Source: a virus
Lineage: Duplodnaviria; Caudoviricetes
Strand: one strand, 5' to 3'
Virus record (IMG/VR): IMGVR_UViG_3300030329_003145
Coordinates: 1-57,841 of that record
DNA: 57,841 nt
Shown here: positions 16,801-24,600 of the stretch, one piece after another
Layout of the letters: each line of letters opens with the position of its first letter
Numbering within the stretch: the stretch's first letter is position 1
Position numbers and translations under genes: made by a program
The notes under the pieces: generated by a model
What the model was told of the DNA's origin: nothing
The model's input: only the letters and a program-made list of their open reading frames with translations
The model's database searches: none

Positions 16801-19731
16801 GGTCTCAGTCAGGACTCCGTCTTCGGGGACCGCGTCCGCTGCCTTTGCCTCATTGAGAATCTGCGGGACCGCCATTCCTGCCAGAGGGCCAGAAGTTGGC
16901 TCCACGGGTTCAGCCACAGTTTCAGCGGCGATAGCGGGGGGCGCTGCTGCTGCCGCCTCTCTAGCGGTATCCTTGCGCCCCCGTTCTGCCAAAGCATCAC
17001 GGATAGCTTGAGCCGCCTTCGGTGCATCACTTTTCTCCAGATCGCTGACAGTCTCATTAATCACAGCGTCAATAAATGACGCCTGTCGCTGCATCTGGTA
17101 AGGGTCGGCACGAAGAATACGGGCAGTCCCCCTGATAAGCGGCACCGACCCACCCATGACGCCCCCCAAGGCGGCTGCGCGGAACGTCTGCTCCATGCGC
17201 TCGATCATTGGGGTATGCTCATGTAGCGCGGCGTCGGTAAACAGCACGTTGACGAACTCATCGATGCCTTCTTCAAATCCTTCGTGGGCTATTGATTTGG
17301 CCACGCCTGTGATTGGCCCCGCAACCGTGGAATGTTTTTTCATCAAGGTTGCTAATGACTCTTTAACCTTGTCAAACAGAGGCACCTCCGTTTGTGCGGC
17401 CCCGACCTTGACTTTATCGGGCATATGCCGAAGCCGTCCTTTTAAAACTTCAGCGACAGCCTTCATTTTCTTATATGAAAGCCCGCGCATGAGCGCACTT
17501 TCCAGGCCCCCCATCCCAATCTTGGAAAAACTAGCCGTAAGCAACCCCGTAAAAGTAGCCGCTTGAAGCCCTGCCCCGAGGGCGCGGTCGTGTGCGTCTT
17601 CTTTGGATACGCCTTGCTCAAGGAGTTGGTTGTATACCACGCCGTAGGTAGACCCTCCCGATCTCATACCGGAAGTGATAAAGATGCCTCTAGTGGGGCC
17701 AATCTTTAATACGTTTGCCAGCTTACCATTGTAAGCATTAAGAAGATCCACGACGCTATCAACGCCCGCTTCGCCATCCACCGCTTTGACAAGCTGTTTT
17801 TTCAAGTCTGGTTTGGCAGTCCCCTTAGCCGCACCGACACCTAGTATTTTTTTGGCCTGCTCGCGCACCCCGCCAGCAGTAGATGTCCTGAACAGATTGG
17901 TCGTCAGGGCTTTGCCGAGCCCTCTCACGGTAAACTTAGCAGTGGCCGAAGCTCCCCCTGTAACTGCGGACTTGGCCCCGAGGTAGGCAACACCACCTAC
18001 CCCGCCTGCTGGGGCAGTTGCTACAGTCAGTAGAGCGGTAGCCGCAATGTCAGTTAGCAGGGGGAATGTGGTTTCCATAGCCTCCTGCCAAAACCCAAAT
18101 TCGTCCCCGAATAGTTTGGCCATTTCCCTCTGCTTGGCCTTTCGTTTTGGGATCGTGGCGAGATAATCCATAGCCACCTCATTTTCAAACCCAATTGCGG
18201 GGATTGCGGCGATTAACGTGCCACCTGCATCGACAAGAGACATCCCGATTCCTTTGGTCCTCTCCCAAGTCTCCTTCCAGTTGTCCTCGTCAGTAAGAAA
18301 TTCTTCGAGGATTTCGTAGTTTTCCATCCCCGCAGCGTGGCCCGCCATCAACGCTTGTTGCCATTCATCAGTCAAATGAGTTTGCCTGAGAAAATCATTC
18401 GCGGATTGGAATCGGGATTTGAGTTGATATACGCGCTGTTTAGACAATCGGTCCTTTGCGCTGTCGCTAAGGTCGGGTCGCTGATCCAGCGCGGCTTCAA
18501 ACAAGTCCTTATTTAAATAAAGCTGAGTAGGCATATGTGGGAGGCCATACCCACCGGTTCGTATATTTTTGCCCAGCTCTTCTTCGTCTTTATGATACTT
18601 ATAAATCCCCTTATCGACGCCCTCTTCAAGCACTACTTGGCGAAGCGCGGGGAGAACATCTGATGCGTTGTAGCCCAACTCAGCCGCGTAACGTGCGGCG
18701 AGTTCATTAATGTCCGTCCCCCTGGCCCCTCTTACGGCGGCTTCACGCTGGTCAGCTTTATCTCCCTCTTCGAGTCTTTTTACAACGTCGCTAGAACTAA
18801 TCTCGTCCAGAGACTTGCCCCGAATCTTGCCACCCCAATAAGCGAGACTGCCTATAGCCACATCTGTCACCCCTTTAAAAATTCTCCCAAGTGTTGACAT
18901 TGCCCCCCGCTCCAACCTGTCTCCAAGATCAAGCTCAGTTCCTGCCTCGCGCATGGCTAGCCCTTCAGTCAGAATCTGAAATTCATTGTTAAGCCTAACT
19001 TCCTCTCGAAGCTGGGCATGAATTTCCATCACCCGCTCAAGTTTATAGCGGGGAACGCGAAACCCATCAGGAATCTCCATGAGTTGTTGAACTCGTAGAG
19101 CATCCCGCATCGTGACTCCTGCACCCGCAGAACTCTTGACTGCATCACTGAGCCCCATCGTCTCAATTGAGTCTCCGATGACGAGTTCACCTGAAGACAG
19201 TTTGGCTATGGGGATCTCTCCCGAAAGAACGCGGTCTTCCAGAAGGCGGTCGTGATTTTTCGATAAGACTTGTTCAGCATCTGATTTGAGCCGCTGAACA
19301 GTTTTTAAGTATTCTTCAGTCGGGTCCGCTACTTTAGCTGCTGCCAGGTAATCTGTAAGTGTCTGCCATTCGGGGTCTTCATAACTCAAGGAGTCCCTGA
19401 GATACTTCGCCTGCTGATCGAAAGTGCCACGGCCATCGAACGCTGCTGATCTCGCGTTGATCTCGTCTATATTAGACCCATCTTCCAGAAGCAGCCCATC
19501 GTCTCGAAGAGAAGTAGCAAACCCCATGCTAATCTCCTGTTCAACTTCAGGGGTATACGAGTCAGCATTGATGTATTGCTCCCTGATATAGTCCCCAAAC
19601 CTTACTCGGCTCTCCAATGGGTCTTCGTAAACATTTTCTGTTGACCATTCAGAATACGGTTTCGGAGCGACAAGTTCCGATTGCCCTTCGAGGGCTTCAA
19701 CACGGTCGATGAAATTAAGTAGCTCTGACAT
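4831..19731 (-). CDS. giant (4,966 aa) polyvalent internal-virion/ejection protein with zincin, GNAT, SAM-MTase, ASCH and ART-like domains
   Basis: Uninterrupted 14.9-kb ORF at the end of a late operon. Motifs: zincin HELTH (13849-13863) and HEIVH (9388-9402); GNAT IFVPRHLRGQGVGQALM; MTase VYGDGTG...NTFVLNVV; ASCH ILNGEKTIETR; ART-like LYRG...FFISSQSYAGTYG...GHDSV. Confidence 0.85.
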   Translation of the reverse strand: MSELLNFIDRVEALEGQSELVAPKPYSEWSTENVYEDPLESRVRFGDYIREQYINADSYTPEVEQEISMGFATSLRDDGLLLEDGSNIDEINARSAAFDGRGTFDQQAKYLRDSLSYEDPEWQTLTDYLAAAKVADPTEEYLKTVQRLKSDAEQVLSKNHDRLLEDRVLSGEIPIAKLSSGELVIGDSIETMGLSDAVKSSAGAGVTMRDALRVQQLMEIPDGFRVPRYKLERVMEIHAQLREEVRLNNEFQILTEGLAMREAGTELDLGDRLERGAMSTLGRIFKGVTDVAIGSLAYWGGKIRGKSLDEISSSDVVKRLEEGDKADQREAAVRGARGTDINELAARYAAELGYNASDVLPALRQVVLEEGVDKGIYKYHKDEEELGKNIRTGGYGLPHMPTQLYLNKDLFEAALDQRPDLSDSAKDRLSKQRVYQLKSRFQSANDFLRQTHLTDEWQQALMAGHAAGMENYEILEEFLTDEDNWKETWERTKGIGMSLVDAGGTLIAAIPAIGFENEVAMDYLATIPKRKAKQREMAKLFGDEFGFWQEAMETTFPLLTDIAATALLTVATAPAGGVGGVAYLGAKSAVTGGASATAKFTVRGLGKALTTNLFRTSTAGGVREQAKKILGVGAAKGTAKPDLKKQLVKAVDGEAGVDSVVDLLNAYNGKLANVLKIGPTRGIFITSGMRSGGSTYGVVYNQLLEQGVSKEDAHDRALGAGLQAATFTGLLTASFSKIGMGGLESALMRGLSYKKMKAVAEVLKGRLRHMPDKVKVGAAQTEVPLFDKVKESLATLMKKHSTVAGPITGVAKSIAHEGFEEGIDEFVNVLFTDAALHEHTPMIERMEQTFRAAALGGVMGGSVPLIRGTARILRADPYQMQRQASFIDAVINETVSDLEKSDAPKAAQAIRDALAERGRKDTAREAAAAAPPAIAAETVAEPVEPTSGPLAGMAVPQILNEAKAADAVPEDGVLTETQKAAIDFREALGAEPVAEPVAEPAAEPAAEPAAEPAAEPAAEPVAEPAAEPVAEPTEEPVAEPTEEPVAEPTEEPVAEPPAGFVWDADTVTWREPKLPRDLAGAKPRYSYGQKRFELFFESDIDRAAYITAQRTRSTRDQDYLSFVANTTGMPLSAVRVHGQKVKAEIKRLAKEAAPGTLTIPPMFRASRPANPPESAQLDLFPEDTVNPTSIKSAMSQVLAEETPVVSGADPATVRIKGALMSGLGLNPIESSSVENSDHQAVRELATGQKGESVEAKLEPLADPKVRIIIDPERTEEAKAVEARFREQVKEINQKREFYQKLSRDIEAQSATGTVPAVQQALDKAVQEGRAVSPEAAKALTRQAFRDRITALKEFRVKQEIEVEEEPVAPAEETAIERLIESGYPHILTAAKLRRLGVPVSVRTLSDQFLEESTQRIADQIAARFPVIPQETPSGGASVPSYGPVRAVIDANGVGRFNNDPASMLGLIEQGAPVEVPVEALTSPTLNPAFRFARIGNKFVVSDIVVPESGGLVSALTSAEHALNLREDHTGLSALIRRVTDLREAREGEPDAPEGLVELLITSPFNPDEKITYDEAMSRVSTDEELNPFLPTLDSGDLTPALRDTALIELKLRAQESLMKGEPVSLVAVGREVTGKYMEIQATRLKHQKETYVATIALDEASNLQNNPDFAAAEEISDPYTPYPQEALPQLPVRKISNMIKEMQSDAVAAMAADPALRRDVLEIIQSQVYASSSINFSKMTNKEAWGLFVQWMAQGNNRANSASLTFQRDLKSGKYEMGTAVRQALQIMSLSSQAIEGDPKTDPVYRGVINDRLRELLGQEPDSGQTDEFISSVQKAAGDLYLRSQPTSMTRAEVQAENLAAIAALGLETGNPDSILEALRRIIGVSDRAETDYDAHLVALARLLIQNPSFINDIAFTIDETGLEYAGRLRIQDDGTRAISININGYNPRGVADTLLHELTHAYVSGITRKPEAELTRQERSALRTLEGLIARVKDQFAYQSSDALSFTGGIYVSTAFDNHDPRVYEALENTDEFIAHFLTSTEFQQAVKVLSDPARAIGTPRSMFQRIVDAILGLFNIQRTQYPQFRKAFSAVLDLSHAAVFAGRPSTRREVDMTFDEFAALQEEGLSALKTIPARAKSFIANAVFPAAPVIVNTSPKRRLTADNLASKVAEEVSNSRNNGARLASALQGATGLDVAQQRRREAVKERYAEVARRLSPPEVEVVVDETLDGMAEVDSESGVMRVNPEAMFNFIESIVLYNGGEPVPVAEIIGVVLNEEHAHAASVAVISEAEINVLIDQLTEEDAMRTINDYGGGKKIEETREKMRRGFRDNNRAVKLQIVEEMLRQHAQRVIRGFTTEESVLFLAKNPGARPMVTRYFKSLLNRMGSNKTRKQFSPQLQAAITRIVAEIRGMEAGYVYHSNMMAFDPNNPTATLEQLRKQLGMNKSLEPYEEPRRAAASGLGPADIPYDPTNFPRDYQTGFAAGVDLDIDTIVENGLRNIRELGTMSEPLTLADTVGVTTVDPAMLGGTGTFDPATGEDYLTDGLVRFVAARPDEGSADRQIVNGKYQRGASPYRAEIIISNIFVPRHLRGQGVGQALMEEIIKRADDSGVTLTIQFPDSGGKLDPYGPAKEALAQERDYVLSVKGMDKINYFRALGFTEFRISDDVMIEDPEAWIEEKFESWKEIIEDELEEEISWRKADGTWEEHKVEGITDPQLMHLIRQMHSDLVDGVALDGLQLWRPPRGGATLKSAGLASGLGPAESSFVDAVKKATEVGADQKSVELNQKAAQKLIDEKGVTMNRDLFLAIDIRAGKTQNPNTTIHEDLKISGIISKKDYEDGRGLVYGDGTGGASKALGADSFEPFPPDTFTPTYTGDRAAGQGDSIDKQYPNILNTFVLNVVEPQTREFILKDIANHLEVGGEAVVVTRGKDVAGGAAPFLKFGELEVIRKKSGELTYQKGFNKEELKTYAEETLGEGFTVTIPTGSKIQKKGRTTIVITKNEDVTLDNPPLTGGAALGSGLGPVTKGIYINDGTQSFTEQILNGEKTIETRSRNTLKSFLGQRVGIIRSGKSPVVVVGYATIGDEPIVYPDIESFRADEDKHLVKEGSKFDTKGKKYGYVLSDVVREPNPYPISKKGNRQYADIQPPRALGSGLMPVGETVVAKVKGLALLELSGWDRGDPKDYQNFKEVWADPSESTSRMGQAILVRISDHLDILEQDIINRRDNIRKVEQFEEYESFLQAGFWDGNGMEFDRMIEGLTNDGVRFDDGRLIEDERRFVDIIEKAWRGALAERGLEAQAAHKRMMGVGGRGATALDRWTYKRRGYDEKDSGRIRKLADMDPDFANRLRGTHGSMTIGELVDAIADKKLGGGTLATRPSELTGSYGGANSEAYIDLITKFKKDFPEAFDTVDVIVNPRLERAYYSYGGDAIHLSDGESLSTIAHEIVHALSTKKLWLEVHRHIRNPKGELYLKSLRKIAKTGKAGISGDAVSQPVRELIDLYLHVIDQGGAAKTIGGKVSRRNPDPTARAGFNYALGNLDEFIAQAFMDPQFQRELATIKVERGDRSAWDSFVEIIQRILGFEPGKNTALTEVLSIGESLFRQQDYGRGVSDFMAGRSQRWISDYEMGQAIGLMGARIPRDALGQIEDLSLAPRKEQTQKGADYWIAATKMVGARLTKADKIMLEDLGSDPNTIAMHHWRLDQKEGWDRLMTRIRDKARVLREQEVAPYRPSFRGLKAEQGPARILSGLGAVEPPSDVNNIVLYRGSRRGDPNALSGKHDFFISSQSYAGTYGATAAWKTSLRNPKYISQSEWLDSLGSWDYLTEAAKNKFADDLVAEGHDSVVANIGNMAVVYIPESKGLVEASTAETGLGSGLGPELAPFGEPSDLPVEFRPDLMDFDRYIRLLEIPVVEAGPYKRAGKFMSMFVGDTDPVILRLMRQRDNFIKSSGDVLDNFHADYRAALTKEFGEDIPPEDDEFWRYVQKATGTTDNVQVDPELVESLHQQKVAAKIQADIDFRNANRGATEEQKIENGLAQEAEIERINNEFESRMTAARMAAVEVIKTERNQSLQYLKDNHNEIYKVVLNVRALTDSLSDAAKQAFGQHAADIGVKFDTNMGIYITRRYEMFSDPSYVGMILEADTQEAINIRMAAIEYMRDFYIGTTAKSIQAKAEAEGEPISTDAARVEAEAQYNAQAVGTQSLGEVMMIEFLRSFDTATGASDFGNAFELADAPASIVGRGQNGLSALVENLQGRSEIPEPLANLMGANNLKQDSIDNLLYSFGLVARIAAHQSFLNAVKAQGVEGGWLFSAKEYNRKRNEENFDPKLEYKKIAADKADDGLNPLAGMYTSPEIYEDLKIVFQQKTRSGNDAATQGLNKIMEHAHKLTGYSMGAKTLLSIGFYVRNMLSNVLFFGPAQGYNSFKLLKGSAAILIPGYQGGEYGAKGMLKRAISGTKAETDSYLSFLQGLGVFGNEIRSELMIRLMRGEETMTSVQEKLNELSKVINDKKTPASVAREAKNMAARVASAMDSFYKIGYFENERAIIEEAAETDPEEGKYRNMSASQRDKLAADIVTATAQSYDRAPPIIKKITSGGIGLLLAPFIRFTADIPRISANTMKQIRKELADSNSVIKRRGVKRLVGFTSVVGVFSMVVPTLLRTVVSGIGEEEDEALRESLPSYLKNHTFFYFKAGGKLRSLDLTYMNPFSVLVDPTMRFTEHLFRGEPIEGFEKLVTTAIFDPYLGDQIFAGAVFDVKENRDAATDKPIVEDTDPFALKTGKRLMYVLKEAYGPRTPAKVIEASKAAIEGGHGGGLDSPLGMILSEGLPVVPRVVDPARQFERSIYAMRDEYTRARQRYNELLQNDAMLPSEAADLYIDTRDSLLRLNGRLHRTLTGFRKFMSDGDMYRALRSAKYGDRRVQLAFAGYGERYLPNPVLTERLMQTERGKKRLDALLAEAEKDEQFIPLPD
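8101..12357 (-). repeat. six dispersed in-frame direct repeats (core GAGCCCTGAA, encoding SGL[G]P) bounding domain cassettes
   Basis: Core at 8107, 8485, 10267, 10666, 11455 and 12346; spacings 378, 1782, 399, 789 and 891 nt. Confidence 0.9.
16562..16765 (-). repeat. 12/24-nt tandem repeat encoding a (PAAE/PVAE/PTEE)n linker
   Basis: GGTTCTGCAACCGGCTCCTCCGTA-type 24-mer x3 followed by AGGTTCAGCCGC-type 12-mers. Confidence 0.9.
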
Positions 19732-19772
19732 AGCAGTAGCGTGGTTTGGGGTATGTAGGTTAGGGAGAGTCT

Positions 19773-20753
19773 TTATTTATGAAACGGGTCGCCCGCTGAT
19801 TTTTTGGGGGCGGCGGAAGCAGTGATAGAAAGTTCTTTCTGGCGCTTGCGGATTTTGGTCAGCAACGTGCCTTTGATAACGTCGCCGTCATCCTGGTTCA
19901 GGATGGCCCTCAAGGCAGAGGGCTCGTCTCTGTAGAGAATACGGGCGTATGACTTCAACATCTCAATGTCATTCGCAGCAAAGACTTTAGGGGCTTCGGC
20001 TTTCCCCGCACGAATAGACGCTAAAAGATCGTCGGGAGTGTCTTCAGGGGGCGCGACAGGCTTCGTTTTGTTGATGCCCTTAACGTCGGTCACAATCTTG
20101 TCGAGGTAAGACATTTCAGATTTGCTGGCCGCAGCTAGTGCGTCTTTCTGTTCCCCCAGCCTGTCTGCCTCTGCCTTTTGGGTGCGTCGGGTTTCATTGA
20201 GTTCAGAGAAGCGGATCAAGTCCTCTTCTTCGGGAGAGATAGTTCCGTCTTTCAGGGCCATATCAAGAGCAAGCCCCGTCTCGCCATATTGGGCCACGTT
20301 ATACATCAACCCACTGGGCTTTGCTTGTTTGGCTTGTGCGTCAACCGCACCAAATGCGCCTTGGAACAAAGAACTAGTGGCGGCTCCTCGGGGCGGGACT
20401 CGCATCCTCATGCGGTTGAGTTCCTGACTCTTCTCGAACGGGGTCTTGTTGGGGTCGTCTACAATGCCTTGTAGCGTCTCAGACAAACCACCCAATTGTT
20501 CGATCTCTTCCCGCTCCCGCTTTGCTCGCTCTTTGGCTTGGTCAAATTCAAACATGGACCGTGCGTAAGCAAGGTCAGCCGCCCGCATCCTGAACCGTTC
20601 ACCCTCTAGCTTGGCGATGTTGTTCTGAAGCTCGGTGATCTGAGGCCCGTATTGCTTCTGAAGGGACATCCGCTCCCGAGATGAGAGCGGGCCAGTATTA
20701 AAGAAGTCACCCCTCATCGGAGCGATATCGTCTGCGTATGAGAACTCAGCCAT
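19773..20753 (-). CDS. putative internal virion protein
   Basis: 326-aa helical/coiled-coil ORF directly upstream of the giant protein, where podovirus ejection proteins usually sit. Confidence 0.55.
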   Translation of the reverse strand: MAEFSYADDIAPMRGDFFNTGPLSSRERMSLQKQYGPQITELQNNIAKLEGERFRMRAADLAYARSMFEFDQAKERAKREREEIEQLGGLSETLQGIVDDPNKTPFEKSQELNRMRMRVPPRGAATSSLFQGAFGAVDAQAKQAKPSGLMYNVAQYGETGLALDMALKDGTISPEEEDLIRFSELNETRRTQKAEADRLGEQKDALAAASKSEMSYLDKIVTDVKGINKTKPVAPPEDTPDDLLASIRAGKAEAPKVFAANDIEMLKSYARILYRDEPSALRAILNQDDGDVIKGTLLTKIRKRQKELSITASAAPKKSAGDPFHK

Positions 20754-20755
20754 TG

Positions 20756-22123
20756 TTACTGTTTAATAGGGGTACCGTATCCCGCACCCGGCGAAGCGTT
20801 CGGGTTCACTGTGGGCCGGTTGTTATTACGTCGGGCGGCTGCTTCCTGATTAGCAATATGAGCTTCAATTAAGCGTTTTTGAAGATCCGCAATTTCTTTC
20901 GCTGCTGCCCGTTGCCCTTCTCGGTAAGCAGGAGTAGAAATGCCTGGCTCACCGGTAAGGGCTGCGGCTCCTCTAAGTTGTGCGGCACCGGAACGATAAC
21001 CGCGCCTTTCCATTGCCCGTGCTTCTTTCCGCAGCCGTCCTCTTTCAGTTCCAAGCGAGCGGGGGGCGTCACCAAGTCGTCCTACAGATCCGCGCAACGC
21101 GGTGCTCGTCCCGAACGCTCTGCCTTGCATTTCTTTAAGTCTGTCTATTCCCGGCGCAGATACAGTGCCTCCTTGGGGGCTTCGCAAGAAATCTATCTTC
21201 GCCCTTGTTCTTTCATCTTCAATGTCCTTCAGCATCTTGCGCCCGACACGATTGAAATTCTCTGCCGTAGTGAGTCCCTGTCCGACCATCTCATCTCGGA
21301 GAGCCCTGACATTTGCTTGGCGGGCTTCGCCAGTGAGGGTCTCCAGTCCAGTTCTTAAAGCCTTGCCAAAGTCCTTGCTTAGTTTGGTCCTCTTTTCCTT
21401 GCCCTCCAGAAGGGCTCCAGCGATACCCGCGCCAGCCGCGAGAGTTGACGGAACAATAGTAGCCTTAGTGGGATTCTCCCACCGAGGGCGTCCGGTCTCC
21501 TCGTCGATTGTTCGGGTAAGTTCACCCACTTCCGAACCTATTTCAAATTCTCCACCACCTAAAGCTCCTGCGACACCTCCTGCATCAGGAATCAACCCCG
21601 TTGTCATGGGAACAGGGGCGTCGGGGCCAAACCTGTGGGTCTCACCACCTACCGTGATGTCAAATCCTTCCTCTTTGGGGGTTGCGGCGGCTATGGCTTT
21701 TGCCTGTGTGTCCTGAATGAACTTAACTAGGTCATCTTTTTCAGCAGTCCCCATCTTTGCTTTAGCAAACCCTTTAGCCAGCGGTGAATCTAAATCCGCA
21801 GGGGGTGCTGCGGCAAGAGCGTCTTGGAATTCTTTAAGTTTACGTTGTTTCTCGACTTCGGCCTTTACTTCGACCCGCGCCATTTCTGCGTCAAATTTAG
21901 CTTTTTTTGCACCAACTAGGGGGTCTCTCGATTCTCTTGCACGTTCTGCTTCTCTTGCGATACGCTTGTTTATTTCGGCTGTACTTTCCTTCTTCTTTGC
22001 CCCCTTTTCGCGGTTTTCGCGGTTTTCCAACGAAGCCCGTAAAGCAAGGGCAGGGATGCCAGCATATTCCTGTAATACTTGAGCCGCCGCTTCGCCGATT
22101 TTTGGGCCTTCGTCCTTTGCCAT
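20756..22123 (-). CDS. putative internal virion protein
   Basis: 455-aa Ala/Gly/Arg/Lys-rich ORF between terL and the giant gene. Confidence 0.5.
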   Translation of the reverse strand: MAKDEGPKIGEAAAQVLQEYAGIPALALRASLENRENREKGAKKKESTAEINKRIAREAERARESRDPLVGAKKAKFDAEMARVEVKAEVEKQRKLKEFQDALAAAPPADLDSPLAKGFAKAKMGTAEKDDLVKFIQDTQAKAIAAATPKEEGFDITVGGETHRFGPDAPVPMTTGLIPDAGGVAGALGGGEFEIGSEVGELTRTIDEETGRPRWENPTKATIVPSTLAAGAGIAGALLEGKEKRTKLSKDFGKALRTGLETLTGEARQANVRALRDEMVGQGLTTAENFNRVGRKMLKDIEDERTRAKIDFLRSPQGGTVSAPGIDRLKEMQGRAFGTSTALRGSVGRLGDAPRSLGTERGRLRKEARAMERRGYRSGAAQLRGAAALTGEPGISTPAYREGQRAAAKEIADLQKRLIEAHIANQEAAARRNNNRPTVNPNASPGAGYGTPIKQ

Positions 22124-22203
22124 AGCCTTATAGAATAGATTAAGAATATACTAGAATCACCAAGATCCAGCCGCCCCAAGTCTCTAATTTTAACGGCAAA
22201 AAG

Positions 22204-23991
22204 TCAATCAAGCAAAACGGCATCGGCATTCTGGAGTGCCTCGCCCAGCTTTTTGATCGTCGTCCTTTGGTATGGGCGTTTTGAAGACCCCGCTTCAGGC
22301 GGGTCAACTGCGACTAACCCGAGCCTTTGGCGAGCGCAATCCAAGGCAAGAAACGCAGCGTCTGCCAAATCGGGGCTACGCCCGAATCGAGCCTTAAATT
22401 CAGGCTTAGACTCAATTTTTACCCGTAATGAGCCACTCTTCACCATGTCATAATTCCGGCTGGTAATCTCTTGGGCGAGATCGCTACTGACCCCAAAGAC
22501 TTGACGAGTACGCATGAGTTCCTTGCCTACAAACCAAAGCTCAGAAACGCGGTTAACATAAAGTTCTTCGGCCAATGATTTGCTGTTTGCGCTGACTCGT
22601 TTATCGCTAGCCCTGCCCCCAAAACTGACTCTCAGAAAAGTGCTCGCCCACTCTCCTGCCAGGACATCGCAGAAGGGAGCCCCCGCGCCGGTCGCATCCA
22701 CCGCCACATTTTCAGGGAGAATATTGCGCTTCACACAATGCTCCTTGATCTGCCTGACGATCTGATACGTCCTCGGGACAGCCTTGTTGGTGGCGTCGTC
22801 GTTCAGGTGAATGGCGTCCCCAAATTCAATAACGTATTGACCACTGTCATCATACCCCACCGCCGCAGTGTATAAGATCGTCCTATCACCCCCATTGGTA
22901 AAGGCAGGGTCGATCCCCGCGACGTAGGTAGGAGTCCCGCGCCACGACACCTTGTGCATCGCTTTACTTAACGTGATCTCATTTTCCCCATAGATTCCTT
23001 GGGTTTCGTCGCTATCAAAAAAGACCGCCCGAACCATCCGCATATACCCGCGTGATTCTTGTCCAAGGAGAGCTTTGTCCTCGTTAATTTTTTCTTCGGT
23101 AGGAAGCCACGGATACAAAACCTCCCCAGCGGTTATGTTCGGAGAACGCTCTCCATCTAAACGAATGTAATCCCCACCCCATTTAGTAGGCCAACCATCA
23201 GCAATATTTGTGTCAACCGAATCCCACCCGTTGATCGGCTCAGACCATACACCAAATGCGTCAAACCTAGAATTCGGGTTGGACATCCCGATCATTTGAA
23301 ATTCGGGGTTTTTAGATAGGTTTGATAGCCCCGCTTGCAAAATAGCTTCTGACAGTTCGGAAAGCTCATCCCCCACCAAAATAACACGCTTTTGCTTAAT
23401 CCCGATAAACTTACCCACGGCCTCTCGCGTCTTACTTTTTTCCGCCGCAATCAACGAGATACCCGCCCGCTCAATCAAAGTTCCTTTCTCATCAATGTAA
23501 GCGGCATTACCAATCGAATCCCGAATCTTAATCGGGGCACCATCGATCACAGACAGCAAAGACATTACCGACCCCCAGATACGCTTGCGGGCTTCGCGCA
23601 ATGTGGTCGAGGTCATCAATACAAGTGTGTCCTTGGGCTTGGAAAGCCAGTTGATTATTCCCCACGCGGCCATCGTGTGGCTTTTACCAGAAGAAGCGGA
23701 ACCGCCTATCGCCAGATATTTGCTGTTTATAGCCGACCATATCATTTGTTCAGCCCACGGATGGCGCACCATTAATTTTTCAGGGAGGTCATCGTGGTTC
23801 CATAACTCATCGCACAATCTCCAAAAATAATATTCCCTGGCCCGCAAATGTTCATGGTTGGCAAACCCATACAGAAGCGCGGTTAGCACACTCGTAGGAG
23901 GAATCAAAAGACCACCCACATCCATGCGTTTTGTTTTAGGGTCAATCCGTGGCTCTAGTATCTTCTTGATGCTGGATCTCTTTGCCGCCAT
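22204..23991 (-). CDS. terL: terminase large subunit
   Basis: Walker A GGSASSGKS, Walker B ILVGDE, coupling motif MSNP, RNase H-like AGIDPA, VAVDATG and SPDLADA. Confidence 0.9.
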   Translation of the reverse strand: MAAKRSSIKKILEPRIDPKTKRMDVGGLLIPPTSVLTALLYGFANHEHLRAREYYFWRLCDELWNHDDLPEKLMVRHPWAEQMIWSAINSKYLAIGGSASSGKSHTMAAWGIINWLSKPKDTLVLMTSTTLREARKRIWGSVMSLLSVIDGAPIKIRDSIGNAAYIDEKGTLIERAGISLIAAEKSKTREAVGKFIGIKQKRVILVGDELSELSEAILQAGLSNLSKNPEFQMIGMSNPNSRFDAFGVWSEPINGWDSVDTNIADGWPTKWGGDYIRLDGERSPNITAGEVLYPWLPTEEKINEDKALLGQESRGYMRMVRAVFFDSDETQGIYGENEITLSKAMHKVSWRGTPTYVAGIDPAFTNGGDRTILYTAAVGYDDSGQYVIEFGDAIHLNDDATNKAVPRTYQIVRQIKEHCVKRNILPENVAVDATGAGAPFCDVLAGEWASTFLRVSFGGRASDKRVSANSKSLAEELYVNRVSELWFVGKELMRTRQVFGVSSDLAQEITSRNYDMVKSGSLRVKIESKPEFKARFGRSPDLADAAFLALDCARQRLGLVAVDPPEAGSSKRPYQRTTIKKLGEALQNADAVLLD

Positions 23992-24032
23992 AATCCGTTA
24001 CACAGCTTACGCCCCAAAGAATTGTCTGACAA
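23966..24032. promoter_or_regulatory. overlapping face-to-face sigma70-type promoters for terL (-) and terS-like (+)
   Basis: + strand TTGATG(23966)-N17-CATAAT(23989); - strand TTGTCA(24032)-N17-TAAGCT(24009). Confidence 0.55.
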
Positions 24033-24597
24033 ATCTAAAGACTCCCTACAAAACCGAGCCTTGGCGCTCTATAAAGCGGACTGGAAAATGGTTTCCATAG
24101 CCAAAGAACTGGGGGTTCATCCAGGAACCGTTAGGCGGTGGTTTAAGAAAATGGGTATTCCGGCGAAGAAAAACGGGCTGCACCCCAACCAAGCTCCAGA
24201 CGCCGAGGAACCTCCTTCGGACGAACTGGCAGGAGCAATAGAAAACCATTTACAAGAAACAACCGACGAAGCGATCCGTCGTGCGAGCCACGACGCTCGT
24301 CAGGAAGAGGACGCTACCATCTTGGAAATCGCGGAGCGCCAAGCGAGCCCCGCAGAGCAATACCAGCATTATGCAGCCGCAACGGGCATAAAACTTATGC
24401 GCGATGGGGTTAAAAATCTTCGCCCTCCAAAGACCGTCCGAGAATTATCTGAACTAGACCAATTGGTCAGAAGGAACTTGGGACTCAATTCAAAAACCGG
24501 TGGCACCGGTAAAATGCAGATTGATATATCCATCCTAAACAACACAAAAGCGGACAGGGGTAATGGCGCGGTGAAACCCATTATTGATGTAGAGTAG
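24022..24597 (+). CDS. HTH DNA-binding protein, probable terminase small subunit
   Basis: N-terminal HTH (MVSIAKELGVHPGTVRRW), helical middle and beta-like C-terminal tail; adjacent to terL; TTG start. Confidence 0.55.
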   Translation: MSDKSKDSLQNRALALYKADWKMVSIAKELGVHPGTVRRWFKKMGIPAKKNGLHPNQAPDAEEPPSDELAGAIENHLQETTDEAIRRASHDARQEEDATILEIAERQASPAEQYQHYAAATGIKLMRDGVKNLRPPKTVRELSELDQLVRRNLGLNSKTGGTGKMQIDISILNNTKADRGNGAVKPIIDVE

Positions 24598-24600
24598 GCG

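Noticed and set aside
5088-17986. Many antisense and alternative-frame ORFs over the giant gene (e.g. 7147-7929, 16465-17079)
   Set aside because: Shadow ORFs of a GC-rich coding strand or of the tandem repeats; no motifs
21301-21310. GAGCCCTGAC near-match to the cassette repeat
   Set aside because: Different gene and reading frame, 9/10 match; compatible with chance
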